Notes: a model not told the origin generated them from the sequence alone. Shown: positions 10,120-20,218, numbered from the stretch's first letter. The stretch: DNA of 64,000 nucleotides from Hyphomicrobiales bacterium (GCA_040219355.1 JAVJSN010000015.1:382708-446707); one strand, 5' to 3'. A program made the numbers and translations.

Positions 10120-11193
10120 ATGGCCCATTTCCAAAGCCAGTTTGAAGCCCAAAGCGCCGCGGTTCGCGTGCGATTCGGTGCTGGCTTGCGCCACAAGATC
10201 GAGGAGGAAATCGACCGGCTTGGCTGCGCACGGGCGCTGGTGCTTTCCACACCGCCTCAGGCCGACAGCGCGATGGACATGGCCGCCAGCCTCAACGGCA
10301 AGGCCGCTGGCGTTTTCACCAAGGCAGCCATGCACACCCCAGTCAATGTGACGGCGGAAGCCATCGCCCATGCGCAGAGTGTGGAGGCGGACTGCCTGGT
10401 GGCGCTGGGCGGTGGATCGACAACGGGCCTGGGTAAAGCCATCGCCTATCAGACGGATCTCCCACAGATCGTGATCCCCACCACCTATGCCGGTTCCGAG
10501 GCGACCGCGATATTGGGTCAGACCGAGAACGGTGTGAAGACCACGGTCACCGATCCCAAAATTCAGCCCGAAGTCATCCTCTATGATGCTGAGCTCGTTG
10601 CGACGCTGCCGGTGCCGATGACGGTGACGAGCGCGCTCAACGCGATGGCCCATGCCGCCGAAGCGCTTTATGCCGTGAACCGCAATCCCGTCTCGACGAT
10701 GCTGGCCATTGAGGGGCTATCGGCCTTCAAGAGCGCGCTGCCGAAGGTCATCGACAATCCGCAAGACCTAGAGGCGCGCGGCGAAACGCTTTATGGCGCC
10801 TGGCTATGCGGCACGGTGCTCGGCCAAGTCGGCATGGCGCTGCATCATAAGCTTTGCCACACGCTGGGTGGGTCGTTTAATCTCCCCCATGCTGAAACGC
10901 ACGCTGTCGTGCTGCCCCATGCCATTGCCTATAATGCCCGCGCCGTTGCCGGCCAGTTGCAACCCATCTGCGACATCTTTGGTGGCACGAACGCTGGCCA
11001 GTCTTTGCATGCATTCGCGGTGATGGTGGGTGCGCCGACCGCGCTGAAGGATCTCGGCCTCGACGAGAGCGATCTCGAAAGGGCGGCTGATCTAGCCACC
11101 AGCAAACCCTATCCCAATCCACGGCCTGTTGAGCGCGATGCGATCCGCAAGCTGCTCCAAGCCGCTTGGGCAGGCGACCCGCCCGTTCTCTGA
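10120..11193 (+). CDS. Maleylacetate reductase (iron-containing ADH family)
   Basis: AAMHTP, GGGSTTGLGKA, IPTTYAGSE, NAMAHAAEALY, MALHHKLCHTLGG, LPHAETH, YPNPRP. Confidence 0.93.
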   Translation: MAHFQSQFEAQSAAVRVRFGAGLRHKIEEEIDRLGCARALVLSTPPQADSAMDMAASLNGKAAGVFTKAAMHTPVNVTAEAIAHAQSVEADCLVALGGGSTTGLGKAIAYQTDLPQIVIPTTYAGSEATAILGQTENGVKTTVTDPKIQPEVILYDAELVATLPVPMTVTSALNAMAHAAEALYAVNRNPVSTMLAIEGLSAFKSALPKVIDNPQDLEARGETLYGAWLCGTVLGQVGMALHHKLCHTLGGSFNLPHAETHAVVLPHAIAYNARAVAGQLQPICDIFGGTNAGQSLHAFAVMVGAPTALKDLGLDESDLERAADLATSKPYPNPRPVERDAIRKLLQAAWAGDPPVL

Positions 11194-11232
11194 CAACCGA
11201 CAAACAACGAACCAATCATCTGGGAGGATGAC

Positions 11233-12498
11233 ATGATCACACGCCGCACACTTTTGAAGAGCACAGCCGCTGCCGCTGCAGTGAGTGCCTTCCCCATGCC
11301 GGCCATTGCGCAGGGTGCACGCATCAAGCTTGGCTATGTCAGCCCGCAATCGGGGCCGCTGGCTGCCTTCGCTGAAGCTGACAATTTCATCCTGTCGAAC
11401 TTCGCGCAGTCCGCGGTTGCTGAGAATTTTGAGGTTATCGTCAAGGACAGCCAGTCCAATCCCAACCGCGCGGCGGACGTCGCCCAGGAACTCATCATTG
11501 ATGATGAGGTGGACTTGCTGCTCGTTGCCTCCACCCCTGAAACCACCAACCCTGTTGCGACGACGGCAGAGTCCGAGGGCGTGCCGGTGATCTCAACGGT
11601 TGCGCCATGGCAACCCTGGTTCATTGGGCAGCAAGGTAATCCTGGCAACCCGGAAAGCTGGGAACCGTTCGACTATGCCTACCATTTCTTCTGGGGCCTT
11701 GAGGATGTGATCTCGGTGTTCACCGCCATGTGGGGTCAGCTCGATACCAACAAATCGGTTGGCGGCCTGTTCCCCAATGATGGCGACGGCAATGCCTGGG
11801 GCGATCCCAATGTCGGCTTCCCGCCGGTTCTCGATGCCCAAGGCTACACACTGACCGATCCAGGTCGTTACCAGAATCTGACAGATGACTTCTCTGCGCA
11901 GATCAATGCCTTCAAGCAGGGCAATGTGGAGATCGTCACCGGCGTGCCGATCCCACCGGATTTCACGACGTTTTGGAATCAGGCCAAGCAGCAGGGCTTC
12001 ACGCCGAAGGCTGCCTCGATCGGCAAGGCGATCCTGTTCCCGCAGGCCGTTGAAGCGTTGGGCGACAGCGGACATAACCTTTCCTCAGAGGTCTGGTGGT
12101 CACCCAGCCATCCGTTCTCGTCCTCGCTCAATGGCCTGACCGCTGGTCAAGTTGCTGAGGCCTACACCGGTGAAACTGGCAAGCAGTGGACGCAGCCCAT
12201 CGGCTTCGTGCACGCCCTGTTCGAGCTGGCCGTCGATGTGATGGGTCGGGTCGAAGACTCAAGCGATGGCGATGCGGTGGCCGAGGCCATTGCCGCGTCC
12301 AACCTCAACACCATTGTTGGTCCGATTGCCTTCAATGGTGCTGGTTTGCCGCCCTTTGCCGCGCGCAATATCGCCAAGACACCGCTCGTTGGTGGTCAGT
12401 GGCGCCTAAAAGATGGCGGAGGCTATGACCTCGTCATTGTCGACAATTCCGACCAGCTATCGATCCCCACAGGTGGAACGATGGAAGAGATTTCCTAA
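11233..12498 (+). CDS. Branched-chain/aromatic-type ABC transporter substrate-binding protein with Tat signal
   Basis: MITRRTLLK twin-arginine signal, IKLGYVSPQSGPLA, KDSQSNPNRAA. Confidence 0.88.
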   Translation: MITRRTLLKSTAAAAAVSAFPMPAIAQGARIKLGYVSPQSGPLAAFAEADNFILSNFAQSAVAENFEVIVKDSQSNPNRAADVAQELIIDDEVDLLLVASTPETTNPVATTAESEGVPVISTVAPWQPWFIGQQGNPGNPESWEPFDYAYHFFWGLEDVISVFTAMWGQLDTNKSVGGLFPNDGDGNAWGDPNVGFPPVLDAQGYTLTDPGRYQNLTDDFSAQINAFKQGNVEIVTGVPIPPDFTTFWNQAKQQGFTPKAASIGKAILFPQAVEALGDSGHNLSSEVWWSPSHPFSSSLNGLTAGQVAEAYTGETGKQWTQPIGFVHALFELAVDVMGRVEDSSDGDAVAEAIAASNLNTIVGPIAFNGAGLPPFAARNIAKTPLVGGQWRLKDGGGYDLVIVDNSDQLSIPTGGTMEEIS

Positions 12499-12511
12499 GC
12501 TTTATCAACGT

Positions 12512-12535
12512 GTACGGCGCCACACTGCGCCGTAC
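12512..12535 (+). terminator. Intercistronic hairpin after the SBP gene
   Basis: GTACGGCGC-cacact-GCGCCGTAC, a 9-bp perfect stem with no strong U-tract. It may be an mRNA stabiliser rather than a terminator. Confidence 0.55.
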
Positions 12536-12570
12536 GCTCCCTCTCTCAGCCAAGCCGCCTGGAGCGAGCC

Positions 12571-13290
12571 ATGACCATGCTTGCCTTACAAAACGTGTCG
12601 AAAAGCTTCGGCGCTTTGAAAGTGACGGACGATGTCACATTCGACGTGTCGGAGGGGCAGGCGCTCGGTATCATTGGGCCGAACGGTGCCGGTAAGTCCA
12701 CGTTGTTCAACCTGATCACCGGCAACATCCCGGCGGACAAGGGCAGCGTCCATTTTGAAGGACGCGACGTGACCAAAGTGCCCGCTATGCAGCGTTGCAT
12801 TTCAGGCATTGGGCGGTCATTTCAGATTCCGCAACCCTTCACGCATCTGACCGTCTACGAGAATTTGGTGGTGGCGGCGACCTTCGGGCGGCAGCGTGCC
12901 GAGAACGAAGTGATGCTCCAATGTGCAGTGATTCTGGAGCGGACCGAACTGATCGGCAAAGCCAACCAGACATCCGGCTCGCTGTCGCTGCTTGAGCGCA
13001 AGCGGCTGGAATTGGCCCGCGCCATGGCGACCCATCCGAAACTTTTGTTGCTCGATGAAATCGCTGGCGGGCTCACCGAAGGCGAGTGCCACGCGCTGGT
13101 GGAGACCATCAAGTCGATCCATGCCGAAGGCGTCACGATCATCTGGATCGAACACGTTCTGCACGCGCTCAACTCCGTGGTCGACCGGTTGCTTGTCCTC
13201 GACTTTGGCAAGGTGATCGGCATCGGCGATCCCGAAGTGATCATGGAGTCCAGAGAAGTCAAAGAGATCTATTTGGGAATCGAAATCTGA
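12571..13290 (+). CDS. ABC transporter ATP-binding protein (LivG-like)
   Basis: GPNGAGKST, LSLLERKRLELARA, LDEIAGGL, IEH. Confidence 0.93.
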   Translation: MTMLALQNVSKSFGALKVTDDVTFDVSEGQALGIIGPNGAGKSTLFNLITGNIPADKGSVHFEGRDVTKVPAMQRCISGIGRSFQIPQPFTHLTVYENLVVAATFGRQRAENEVMLQCAVILERTELIGKANQTSGSLSLLERKRLELARAMATHPKLLLLDEIAGGLTEGECHALVETIKSIHAEGVTIIWIEHVLHALNSVVDRLLVLDFGKVIGIGDPEVIMESREVKEIYLGIEI

Positions 13291-13997
13291 TGACGCTCCT
13301 CAAGACCAATAATCTCACCGCCCATTATGGTGATTTCCAAGCCTTGTTCGGCGTGGATATCGACCTCAACGAGGGCGAGACCATCGCGATCATCGGTGCC
13401 AACGGCGCGGGCAAGACAACGCTCATGCGGTCCATCGCGGGCGTGCTCATTAATGCCCTAGGTACTGTAACCTTCGATGGCCAAGCCATTGGCAATGCGA
13501 CCGCCGATGCCATCATGGCGATGGGTGTGGCGATGGTGCCGGAGGGGCGACGCCTGTTCCCATCCTTGTCGGTGGAAGAGAACCTGCTGATCGGCACCTA
13601 TGGCCGCAAGACTGGCGGGCATTGGGATCTGGAGACGGTCTACGACCTCTTCCCGATCCTTAAAGAACGCCGCAGCAACCCCGGCACGGCGCTGTCAGGC
13701 GGCCAGCAACAGATGGTGGCAATTGGCCGGGCGCTGATGAGCAATCCGCGCATTCTTCTGTGCGATGAAATCTCGCTCGGCCTCGCACCGGTGGTGATCC
13801 GCGACATCTACAAAGCGGTTCCCAAAATCAAGGAGGCCGGGGCCTCTCTCATCTTAGTCGAACAGGACATCGGCCAGGCGATGCAGGTTGCCGACCGCGT
13901 CTACTGCATGATGGAAGGCCGGGTGACGCTGTCGGGCACGCCCGATGATCTGTCGCGGGAGGCTATCCACGACGCTTATTTTGGAGCAGCGGCATGA
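13290..13997 (+). CDS. ABC transporter ATP-binding protein (LivF-like)
   Basis: GANGAGKTT, LSGGQQQM, DEISLGLAP. The ATG overlaps the upstream TGA. Confidence 0.93.
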   Translation: MTLLKTNNLTAHYGDFQALFGVDIDLNEGETIAIIGANGAGKTTLMRSIAGVLINALGTVTFDGQAIGNATADAIMAMGVAMVPEGRRLFPSLSVEENLLIGTYGRKTGGHWDLETVYDLFPILKERRSNPGTALSGGQQQMVAIGRALMSNPRILLCDEISLGLAPVVIRDIYKAVPKIKEAGASLILVEQDIGQAMQVADRVYCMMEGRVTLSGTPDDLSREAIHDAYFGAAA

Positions 13998-14857
13998 TCT
14001 GGGTTGATACCGTCCTTCAAGGCATTCTGCTTGGTGGGCTTTACGCGCTATTTGCCGCCGGCCTCTCGCTCGTGTTCGGCATCATGCGGCTGGTGAACCT
14101 GGCCCATGGCGACCTTATCGTGATGGGCGCCTATCTCATCTTGCTGCTGGTGACGATGACCGGTCTGTCGCCCTTCCTTGCGGCGGCGGTGGCGATCCCG
14201 TTCATGTTCATGCTTGGTTATGGCCTGCAGAAGTACATGCTCAACCGCGTGTTGGGCGAGGACATCCTTCCACCCTTGTTGGTCACATTCGGCTTGTCGG
14301 TTGTGTTGCAAAACGCGCTGCTGGAAGGCTTTTCCGCCGACAGCCAACGCTTGCCCACTGGCGCCTTGTCCACGGCTTCGGTTGAGGTGGCGGGTATCAA
14401 TCTTGGTGTGCTGCCACTGCTCACTTTTGGCTCGGCGATCTTGGTGATCGTTGGCCTCAACCAGCTCTTCTATCGCACCGAGCTTGGTCGGGCGTTTCGC
14501 GCAACGTCTGATGATCCCACCACGGCAAGCCTTATGGGTATCAAGCCTGCAAATATCTTTGCCAAGGCAACCGGCATCGCGATGATCATTGTGACCATCG
14601 CCGCGCTCTATCTTGGCATGCGCTCGAACTTCGATCCGAACATTGGCCCGGCTCGCCTCATCTACGCGTTCGAGGCGGTAATCATCGGCGGTCTTGGATC
14701 GCTCTGGGGCACGCTCCTTGGCGGTATCATCATCGGAGTGGCGCAGACGGTGGGTGCGGCGATCAATCCCGAGTGGCAAATCCTGGCCGGCCATGTCGCC
14801 TTCTTGGTGGTGCTGCTCATTCGTCCGCGCGGGCTTTTCCCGCGGGCCGTGGATTAG
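13994..14857 (+). CDS. ABC transporter permease (LivH-like)
   Basis: GGLYALFAAGLSLVFGIMRLVNLAHGD, IIGGLGSLWG, RPRGLF. Confidence 0.92.
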   Translation: MIWVDTVLQGILLGGLYALFAAGLSLVFGIMRLVNLAHGDLIVMGAYLILLLVTMTGLSPFLAAAVAIPFMFMLGYGLQKYMLNRVLGEDILPPLLVTFGLSVVLQNALLEGFSADSQRLPTGALSTASVEVAGINLGVLPLLTFGSAILVIVGLNQLFYRTELGRAFRATSDDPTTASLMGIKPANIFAKATGIAMIIVTIAALYLGMRSNFDPNIGPARLIYAFEAVIIGGLGSLWGTLLGGIIIGVAQTVGAAINPEWQILAGHVAFLVVLLIRPRGLFPRAVD

Positions 14858-14868
14858 GAGGCCGAGCG

Positions 14869-15972
14869 ATGGATGACCACACGACACCCTATGCCGTTCA
14901 CACCGGCACCAAAGCCTCCAAGATAGCGGGCATCTTCGCCCTCATCCTGATCGTGGTGCTGGTGGCGCTGCCCGCCTTCGCCTCGCGAAGCCTGATCCAG
15001 GACATGTTTTTCATCCTCACTATGCTGGTGCTGGCGCAATTCTGGAACTTGCTCGCTGGTTATGGTGGGCTTGTCTCCATCGGCCAGCAAGCCTTTGTTG
15101 GCATTGGTGCTTACGCCATGTTCGGCGTCGTGATTCTCGCCGGGCTTGATCCCATACCCGCGATCTTGCTTGGCGGCGTTGTGGCCGTGCTCCTTGCTAT
15201 CCCCACTGCGTTCTTCGCGTTCCGCCTCCAAGGCGCTTATTTCGCCATTGGTACCTGGGTGATCGCCGAGGTGGTGCGCCTTGTGACGTCACAATGGCAG
15301 GCCGTCGGCGGCGGCACGGGCACGTCGCTGCCGCGCTCGGCGACACGCGAACTGATGTTCGCCGAAGCGATTGAAAACCTCTTCGGCGTGCGCAGCGCGG
15401 CGGCGCGCGACATCCTCTCTTACTGGCTGGCCGTTATCTTGGCGGTGGCGACCATTGGCGGCATCTATTGGCTTCTGCGCACCAAACGTGGTCTCGCTTT
15501 GGCCGCCGTGCGCGACAACATCGAAGCGGCTAAATCGGTCGGGGTCGATGCTGGGCGCATGAAGTGGGTCGTGTTCCTGGTCGCAGCCTTCGGCACCGGT
15601 ATCGCAGGTGCCCTGATCTATCTGCAAAAGGCGCGCATCTCACCCGACGCTGCCTTCTCGGTTCAGGACTGGACGGCTTACGTCATCTTCATCGTGGTGA
15701 TCGGCGGCATCGGCACCATTGAGGGGCCAATCGTTGGCGTGCTGGTGTTCTTCATCTTGCAATCGCTGCTTGCCGACTATGGCACCTGGTACCTGATGAT
15801 TCTTGGCATCATCGGCATCATCATCATGCTTTTCGCGCCCAAGGGCCTCTGGGGTCTGGTCTCCAGTCGCACCGGCGTTGAGCTGTTCCCGGTACGCCGA
15901 CGCCTGACCGGCGGGGCGCTGGATACCCCAAAACCAAAGACACAACAGACTGAGGAAGTACCAAATGGCTGA
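14869..15972 (+). CDS. ABC transporter permease (LivM-like)
   Basis: WNLLAGYGGLVSIGQQAF, RLQGAYFAIGT, VVIGGIGTIEGP. GGAGG RBS upstream of the ATG at 14869. Confidence 0.92.
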   Translation: MDDHTTPYAVHTGTKASKIAGIFALILIVVLVALPAFASRSLIQDMFFILTMLVLAQFWNLLAGYGGLVSIGQQAFVGIGAYAMFGVVILAGLDPIPAILLGGVVAVLLAIPTAFFAFRLQGAYFAIGTWVIAEVVRLVTSQWQAVGGGTGTSLPRSATRELMFAEAIENLFGVRSAAARDILSYWLAVILAVATIGGIYWLLRTKRGLALAAVRDNIEAAKSVGVDAGRMKWVVFLVAAFGTGIAGALIYLQKARISPDAAFSVQDWTAYVIFIVVIGGIGTIEGPIVGVLVFFILQSLLADYGTWYLMILGIIGIIIMLFAPKGLWGLVSSRTGVELFPVRRRLTGGALDTPKPKTQQTEEVPNG

Positions 15973-17725
15973 CATCACGACAGACGTTCTCATCATCGGC
16001 ACCGGACCTGCCGGGTCTGCCACCGCAGCGCTTCTTTCCAGCTATGGCATCGAGAATATGGCGGTGAACCGCTACCGCTGGCTCGCTAACACGCCGCGCG
16101 CGCACATCACCAACCAGCGCACGATGGAAGTGCTGCGCGATCTCGGACAGGAGGTCGAAGACGAGGCCTATATGTTCGCAGCCGAGCAAGAGCTTATGGG
16201 CGAGAACGTCTTCTGCGAAAGCCTGGCGGGTGAAGAGATCGGCCGCATGAAGAGCTGGGGCAATCATCCGATGTCGAAGGCGGAGCACCTGCTCTCTTCG
16301 CCAACCTTCATGAACGATTTGCCGCAAACAATGATGGAGCCGCTGCTCTTCAAGACGGCCTGCTCACGCGGCACACAGGCGCGCATGTCGACCGAGTATC
16401 TGCGCCATGAACAGGACGCAGAGGGCGTGACCACAACCTGTCTTGATCGGCTGAGCGGCAAAGAGATCACCATCCGCTCGCGCTATTTGGTGGGCGCTGA
16501 TGGGGGCAACTCCAAGGTGGCCGAGCTGGAGAATTTGCCGTTTGAAGGGGAGATGGGCGTCGGCGGCTCGATGAACATCATCTTCAAGGCTGACCTTTCG
16601 AAATTCGTCGCGCACCGTCCTTCTGTTCTCTACTGGGTGGTACAGCCGGGCGCGGATGTTGGCGGCATCGGCATGGGATTGGTGCGCATGGTGCGCCCCT
16701 GGAACGAGTGGCTGATCGTCTGGGGTTACGACATCAATCAGCCTGCGCCAGACGTGACAGATGATTTTGCAACCAAGGTGGTGCGCGATTTGGTTGGCGA
16801 TCAGTCTATTGAGCCCGAGATCACCTCCGTTTCGACGTGGACGGTGAACAACATGTACGCCACAAATATGCAGGCGGGCCGGGTGTTCATTATGGGCGAT
16901 GCGGCGCACCGTCATCCGCCGTCCAATGGGCTTGGGTCGAACACCTCGATCCAGGATTCCTTCAATCTTGCCTGGAAGCTTGCCGCCGTGATCAAGGGCC
17001 AGGCGGGTGAGGCTTTGCTTGACAGTTACTCAGAAGAACGCGCCCCGGTGGCCAAGCAGATTGTGACCCGCGCCAACCAGTCTATCGGCGAGTTTGGGCC
17101 GATCTTCGAGGCGCTGGGTTTGACCGAGTCTACCGATCCAGAGGTCATGCAGGCCAATATGGACAAGCGCTGCGATGCCAACATGGAAGCCGAGCAGCAA
17201 CGCGCCGCGATCCGCGAGGCGATTGCGTTCAAGAAGTACGAGTTCGACGCCCACGGCGTGGAGATGAACCAGCGATATAAATCATCGGCTATCGTCACCG
17301 ATGGGCAGATGGAGCCGGCCTTTGAGCTCGACGCTGAGCTACACTACCAGCCGACGACCTGGCCCGGTGCGCGCATCCCGCACGCCTGGGTTTATGACCA
17401 TGATGGTGGCAAGCATTCCACGCTCGATCTTGTCGGTCGCGGGCAATTCACGATCCTCACAGGGATCAATGGCGAACCCTGGATGGATGCTGCAACGAAG
17501 GTGGGCAAGGAGTTGGGCCTCGACATCCGCGCGCATGTGATCGGGCCGCGCCGGGATATCATCGACCATCATGGCGATTGGGCCCGTGCCCGTGAGGTCA
17601 ATGAAGCCGGCTGCGTTCTGGTCCGGCCTGATCAACATGTCGCCTGGCGGGCAGAAGATATGGTGGAAAACCCCGAAGCTGAGCTTACTCGTGTCCTCAA
17701 CGCCCTCCTACACCGCGCAAATTAG
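15965..17725 (+). CDS. FAD-dependent aromatic monooxygenase (TfdB / resorcinol 4-hydroxylase-like)
   Basis: GTGPAG, TPRAHITNQRTME, GADGGNS, GDAAHRHPPSNGLGSNTSIQD, and a C-terminal thioredoxin-like LVRPDQHVAWR. Confidence 0.9.
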   Translation: MADITTDVLIIGTGPAGSATAALLSSYGIENMAVNRYRWLANTPRAHITNQRTMEVLRDLGQEVEDEAYMFAAEQELMGENVFCESLAGEEIGRMKSWGNHPMSKAEHLLSSPTFMNDLPQTMMEPLLFKTACSRGTQARMSTEYLRHEQDAEGVTTTCLDRLSGKEITIRSRYLVGADGGNSKVAELENLPFEGEMGVGGSMNIIFKADLSKFVAHRPSVLYWVVQPGADVGGIGMGLVRMVRPWNEWLIVWGYDINQPAPDVTDDFATKVVRDLVGDQSIEPEITSVSTWTVNNMYATNMQAGRVFIMGDAAHRHPPSNGLGSNTSIQDSFNLAWKLAAVIKGQAGEALLDSYSEERAPVAKQIVTRANQSIGEFGPIFEALGLTESTDPEVMQANMDKRCDANMEAEQQRAAIREAIAFKKYEFDAHGVEMNQRYKSSAIVTDGQMEPAFELDAELHYQPTTWPGARIPHAWVYDHDGGKHSTLDLVGRGQFTILTGINGEPWMDAATKVGKELGLDIRAHVIGPRRDIIDHHGDWARAREVNEAGCVLVRPDQHVAWRAEDMVENPEAELTRVLNALLHRAN

Positions 17726-17735
17726 GAGCTTTTCC

Positions 17736-18575
17736 ATGGCTTTGTTCACCGAAGAAACGTCTGTCACCGCCGTCAACAGCCGCATGGGCGAAGATATCAA
17801 TCCTCGTCTGGCTACGGTGATGGCATCGCTGGTGAAGCACCTTCATGCTTTCGCCAAAGATGTGGAGCTGACCCAGGAGGAGTGGGGCGTCGCCATCGAT
17901 TTTCTGACCCGTACTGGCCAGATGTGCGACGAGAACCGCCAGGAGTTCATCCTCCTCAGTGACACGCTGGGCGTGTCGATGCTGGTGGATGCCATCAACC
18001 ATCGCCGGCCAAGCGGCGCGACCGAAAACACGGTGCTCGGCCCGTTTCATGTGGCCGATGCCCCACACTATCCGATGGGGCAGAACATATCCCTAGATGG
18101 CAAAGGTGAGAGTTGCCTTTTTCAGGGCCGTGTTCTTGATCACCAGGGTAACCCAATCGAGAATGCCACAATCGATGTCTGGTGCGACAACTCTGATGGC
18201 TTCTACGACGTGCAGCAGCCGGACATTCAGCCGAAGTTTAACAATCGCGGCATCTTTACCACCGGCGCAGATGGCGACTACAGTTTTCGCGGCATCCGGC
18301 CCGTCGCCTATCCCATCCCCGATGATGGCCCAGTAGGGCAGATGCTCGCAGCACTTGGGCGACACCCAAACAGACCAGCGCACATGCATTTCATCGTCTC
18401 GGCACACGGCTACGAGCGCATCATCACCCACACCTTTGTCGATGGTGATGAATGGCTGACGTCGGATGCGGTTTTCGGGGTTAAGGCTTCGCTTATTTCG
18501 ACCATGGAACCTGGCGACGAGGGTGATACGATGTGGAAATCCTCCTTCGATTTCATCATGGTAGAGCAAGACTAA
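17736..18575 (+). CDS. Intradiol ring-cleavage dioxygenase (hydroxyquinol 1,2-dioxygenase-like)
   Basis: RQEFILLSDTLG, TENTVLGPF, and Fe ligands in GFYDVQQP, YPIP and RPAHMHF. Confidence 0.92.
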   Translation: MALFTEETSVTAVNSRMGEDINPRLATVMASLVKHLHAFAKDVELTQEEWGVAIDFLTRTGQMCDENRQEFILLSDTLGVSMLVDAINHRRPSGATENTVLGPFHVADAPHYPMGQNISLDGKGESCLFQGRVLDHQGNPIENATIDVWCDNSDGFYDVQQPDIQPKFNNRGIFTTGADGDYSFRGIRPVAYPIPDDGPVGQMLAALGRHPNRPAHMHFIVSAHGYERIITHTFVDGDEWLTSDAVFGVKASLISTMEPGDEGDTMWKSSFDFIMVEQD

Positions 18576-19415
18576 ATGGCAAACGACAAACCCTGCATCA
18601 TCTGTGTGGCGATCACCGGCTCACTGCCGACAAAGGCTAACAATCCGGCCGTTCCGATCACGGTGGATGAGCAGGTGGAATCCACGCATGAAGCCTTTGA
18701 GGTGGGTGCTACGATTTTGCATGCGCATGTGCGCAACGATGATCAAACGCCGTCCAGTGATCCGGAAAAATTTGCCCGGCTGAAAGAGGGTGTGGAAAAG
18801 CATTGCCCTGGCATGATCATTCAGTTCTCGACCGGTGGCCGATCCGGCGCTGGGCATGAACGCGGCGGCATGCTGCCGCTGAAGCCCGATATGGCCTCCC
18901 TATCGGTCGGCTCGAACAATTTCCCCAACCGTGTTTATGAAAACCCGCCGGACTTGATCGATTGGCTGGCCGGCGAAATGCGCACCTATGAGGTGAAGCC
19001 GGAAATCGAGGCGTTTGACCTCTCGCACATTCACCAGGCGGCAAAGATGCATGCCGATGGCCGCATTCCCGACACGCCGTACATTCAGTTTGTCATGGGC
19101 GTGAAAAACGCGATGCCCGCCGACAAGGATGTGTTTGATTATTATGTGAAAACCGTTGAGCGCCTGGTGCCGGGCGGGGAGTGGTGCGCGGCTGGCATCG
19201 GCCCTGCGCAGGTCTTGCTCAACGAATGGGCGGTGGCCGCTGGCGGGCATGCTCGTGCGGGTTTGGAAGACAATGTCCGGCTGGACAAAAGCACGCTTGC
19301 GCCTTCAAATGCGGCGCTCATCCAGCGGGTGGTTGATATCTGCGCGCGCCATGAAAGACCAGTGGCAACAACCGATCAGGCGCGGGAGATGCTTGCGCTG
19401 CGCCAGGCGGCTTAG
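18576..19415 (+). CDS. Beta-keto acid cleavage enzyme (BKACE/DUF849, Kce family)
   Basis: ICVAITG, Zn-binding HAHVR, FSTGG, SVGSNNF, RAGLEDN. Confidence 0.92.
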   Translation: MANDKPCIICVAITGSLPTKANNPAVPITVDEQVESTHEAFEVGATILHAHVRNDDQTPSSDPEKFARLKEGVEKHCPGMIIQFSTGGRSGAGHERGGMLPLKPDMASLSVGSNNFPNRVYENPPDLIDWLAGEMRTYEVKPEIEAFDLSHIHQAAKMHADGRIPDTPYIQFVMGVKNAMPADKDVFDYYVKTVERLVPGGEWCAAGIGPAQVLLNEWAVAAGGHARAGLEDNVRLDKSTLAPSNAALIQRVVDICARHERPVATTDQAREMLALRQAA

Positions 19416-20218
19416 GCGACGTCCTGCTCGCGGTTGAAGCCTGCCTCGTCGAAACCGTCCCGGCCGACAATCACTTGCGTGCCCCAGTCGTCGCAGGCTT
19501 TGGCCAGGTCGGCGGGGATCGGATCATCGGTGAAGAAGCATGAGACATCGGCGAGCGAGCCGACGCGTGCCGGTGCCTTGCGCTGAAACTTGATGTGGTC
19601 GGCGACCAGAAAGACGTCGCGGGCCTGGTTGATGATGCGCTGGGTGACGCCGACTTCCTGGATATCGAAGTCGAGAATGTCGCCCTCATCATCCAGGGCC
19701 GAGCACCCGATGATGGCGTAATCGAACTTGAACTGTTCAATGGTGTTGGTGGTTAGATTGCCAACCAGGCCACCGTCCGACCGGCGCAGCGTCCCGCCTG
19801 TGACGATCACCTGGCATTCATCGTTCGGGATAAGAATGGCCGCGACGTTCATGTTGTTGGTGACGACCAGCATGTCGCGGTGGGTGAGAAGCTCGCGCGC
19901 CACGGCCTCGGTCGTCGTGCCCAGATTGATGAACACCGAACAATCATCGGGCAGGGCGGCTGCGCAGGCGCGGGCAATCTCCAGCTTGCCGTCAAAGTTC
20001 AGGTTGCGACGCTGCTCATAGGCGATGTTGGCGGTCCCGGACGGCAAAACCGCTCCGCCATGCACCCGCTCGATCTTCCCTGCTTCGGCCAGCTCCGACA
20101 GATCGCGGCGGATCGTTTGTAGGGTGACGTCGAACCGCTCGGCCAGGCTTTCAACGGTGATCTTACCCTCGCGCCGGATGACATCGACGATCTCAACTTG
20201 CCTGAAGGTTTGGGCCAT
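19412..20218 (-). CDS. glpR: DeoR/GlpR family repressor
   Basis: LAERFDVTLQTIRRDLSEL, RVHGGA, GTTTE, GGTLR. Divergent from glpD. Confidence 0.88.
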   Translation of the reverse strand: MAQTFRQVEIVDVIRREGKITVESLAERFDVTLQTIRRDLSELAEAGKIERVHGGAVLPSGTANIAYEQRRNLNFDGKLEIARACAAALPDDCSVFINLGTTTEAVARELLTHRDMLVVTNNMNVAAILIPNDECQVIVTGGTLRRSDGGLVGNLTTNTIEQFKFDYAIIGCSALDDEGDILDFDIQEVGVTQRIINQARDVFLVADHIKFQRKAPARVGSLADVSCFFTDDPIPADLAKACDDWGTQVIVGRDGFDEAGFNREQDVA

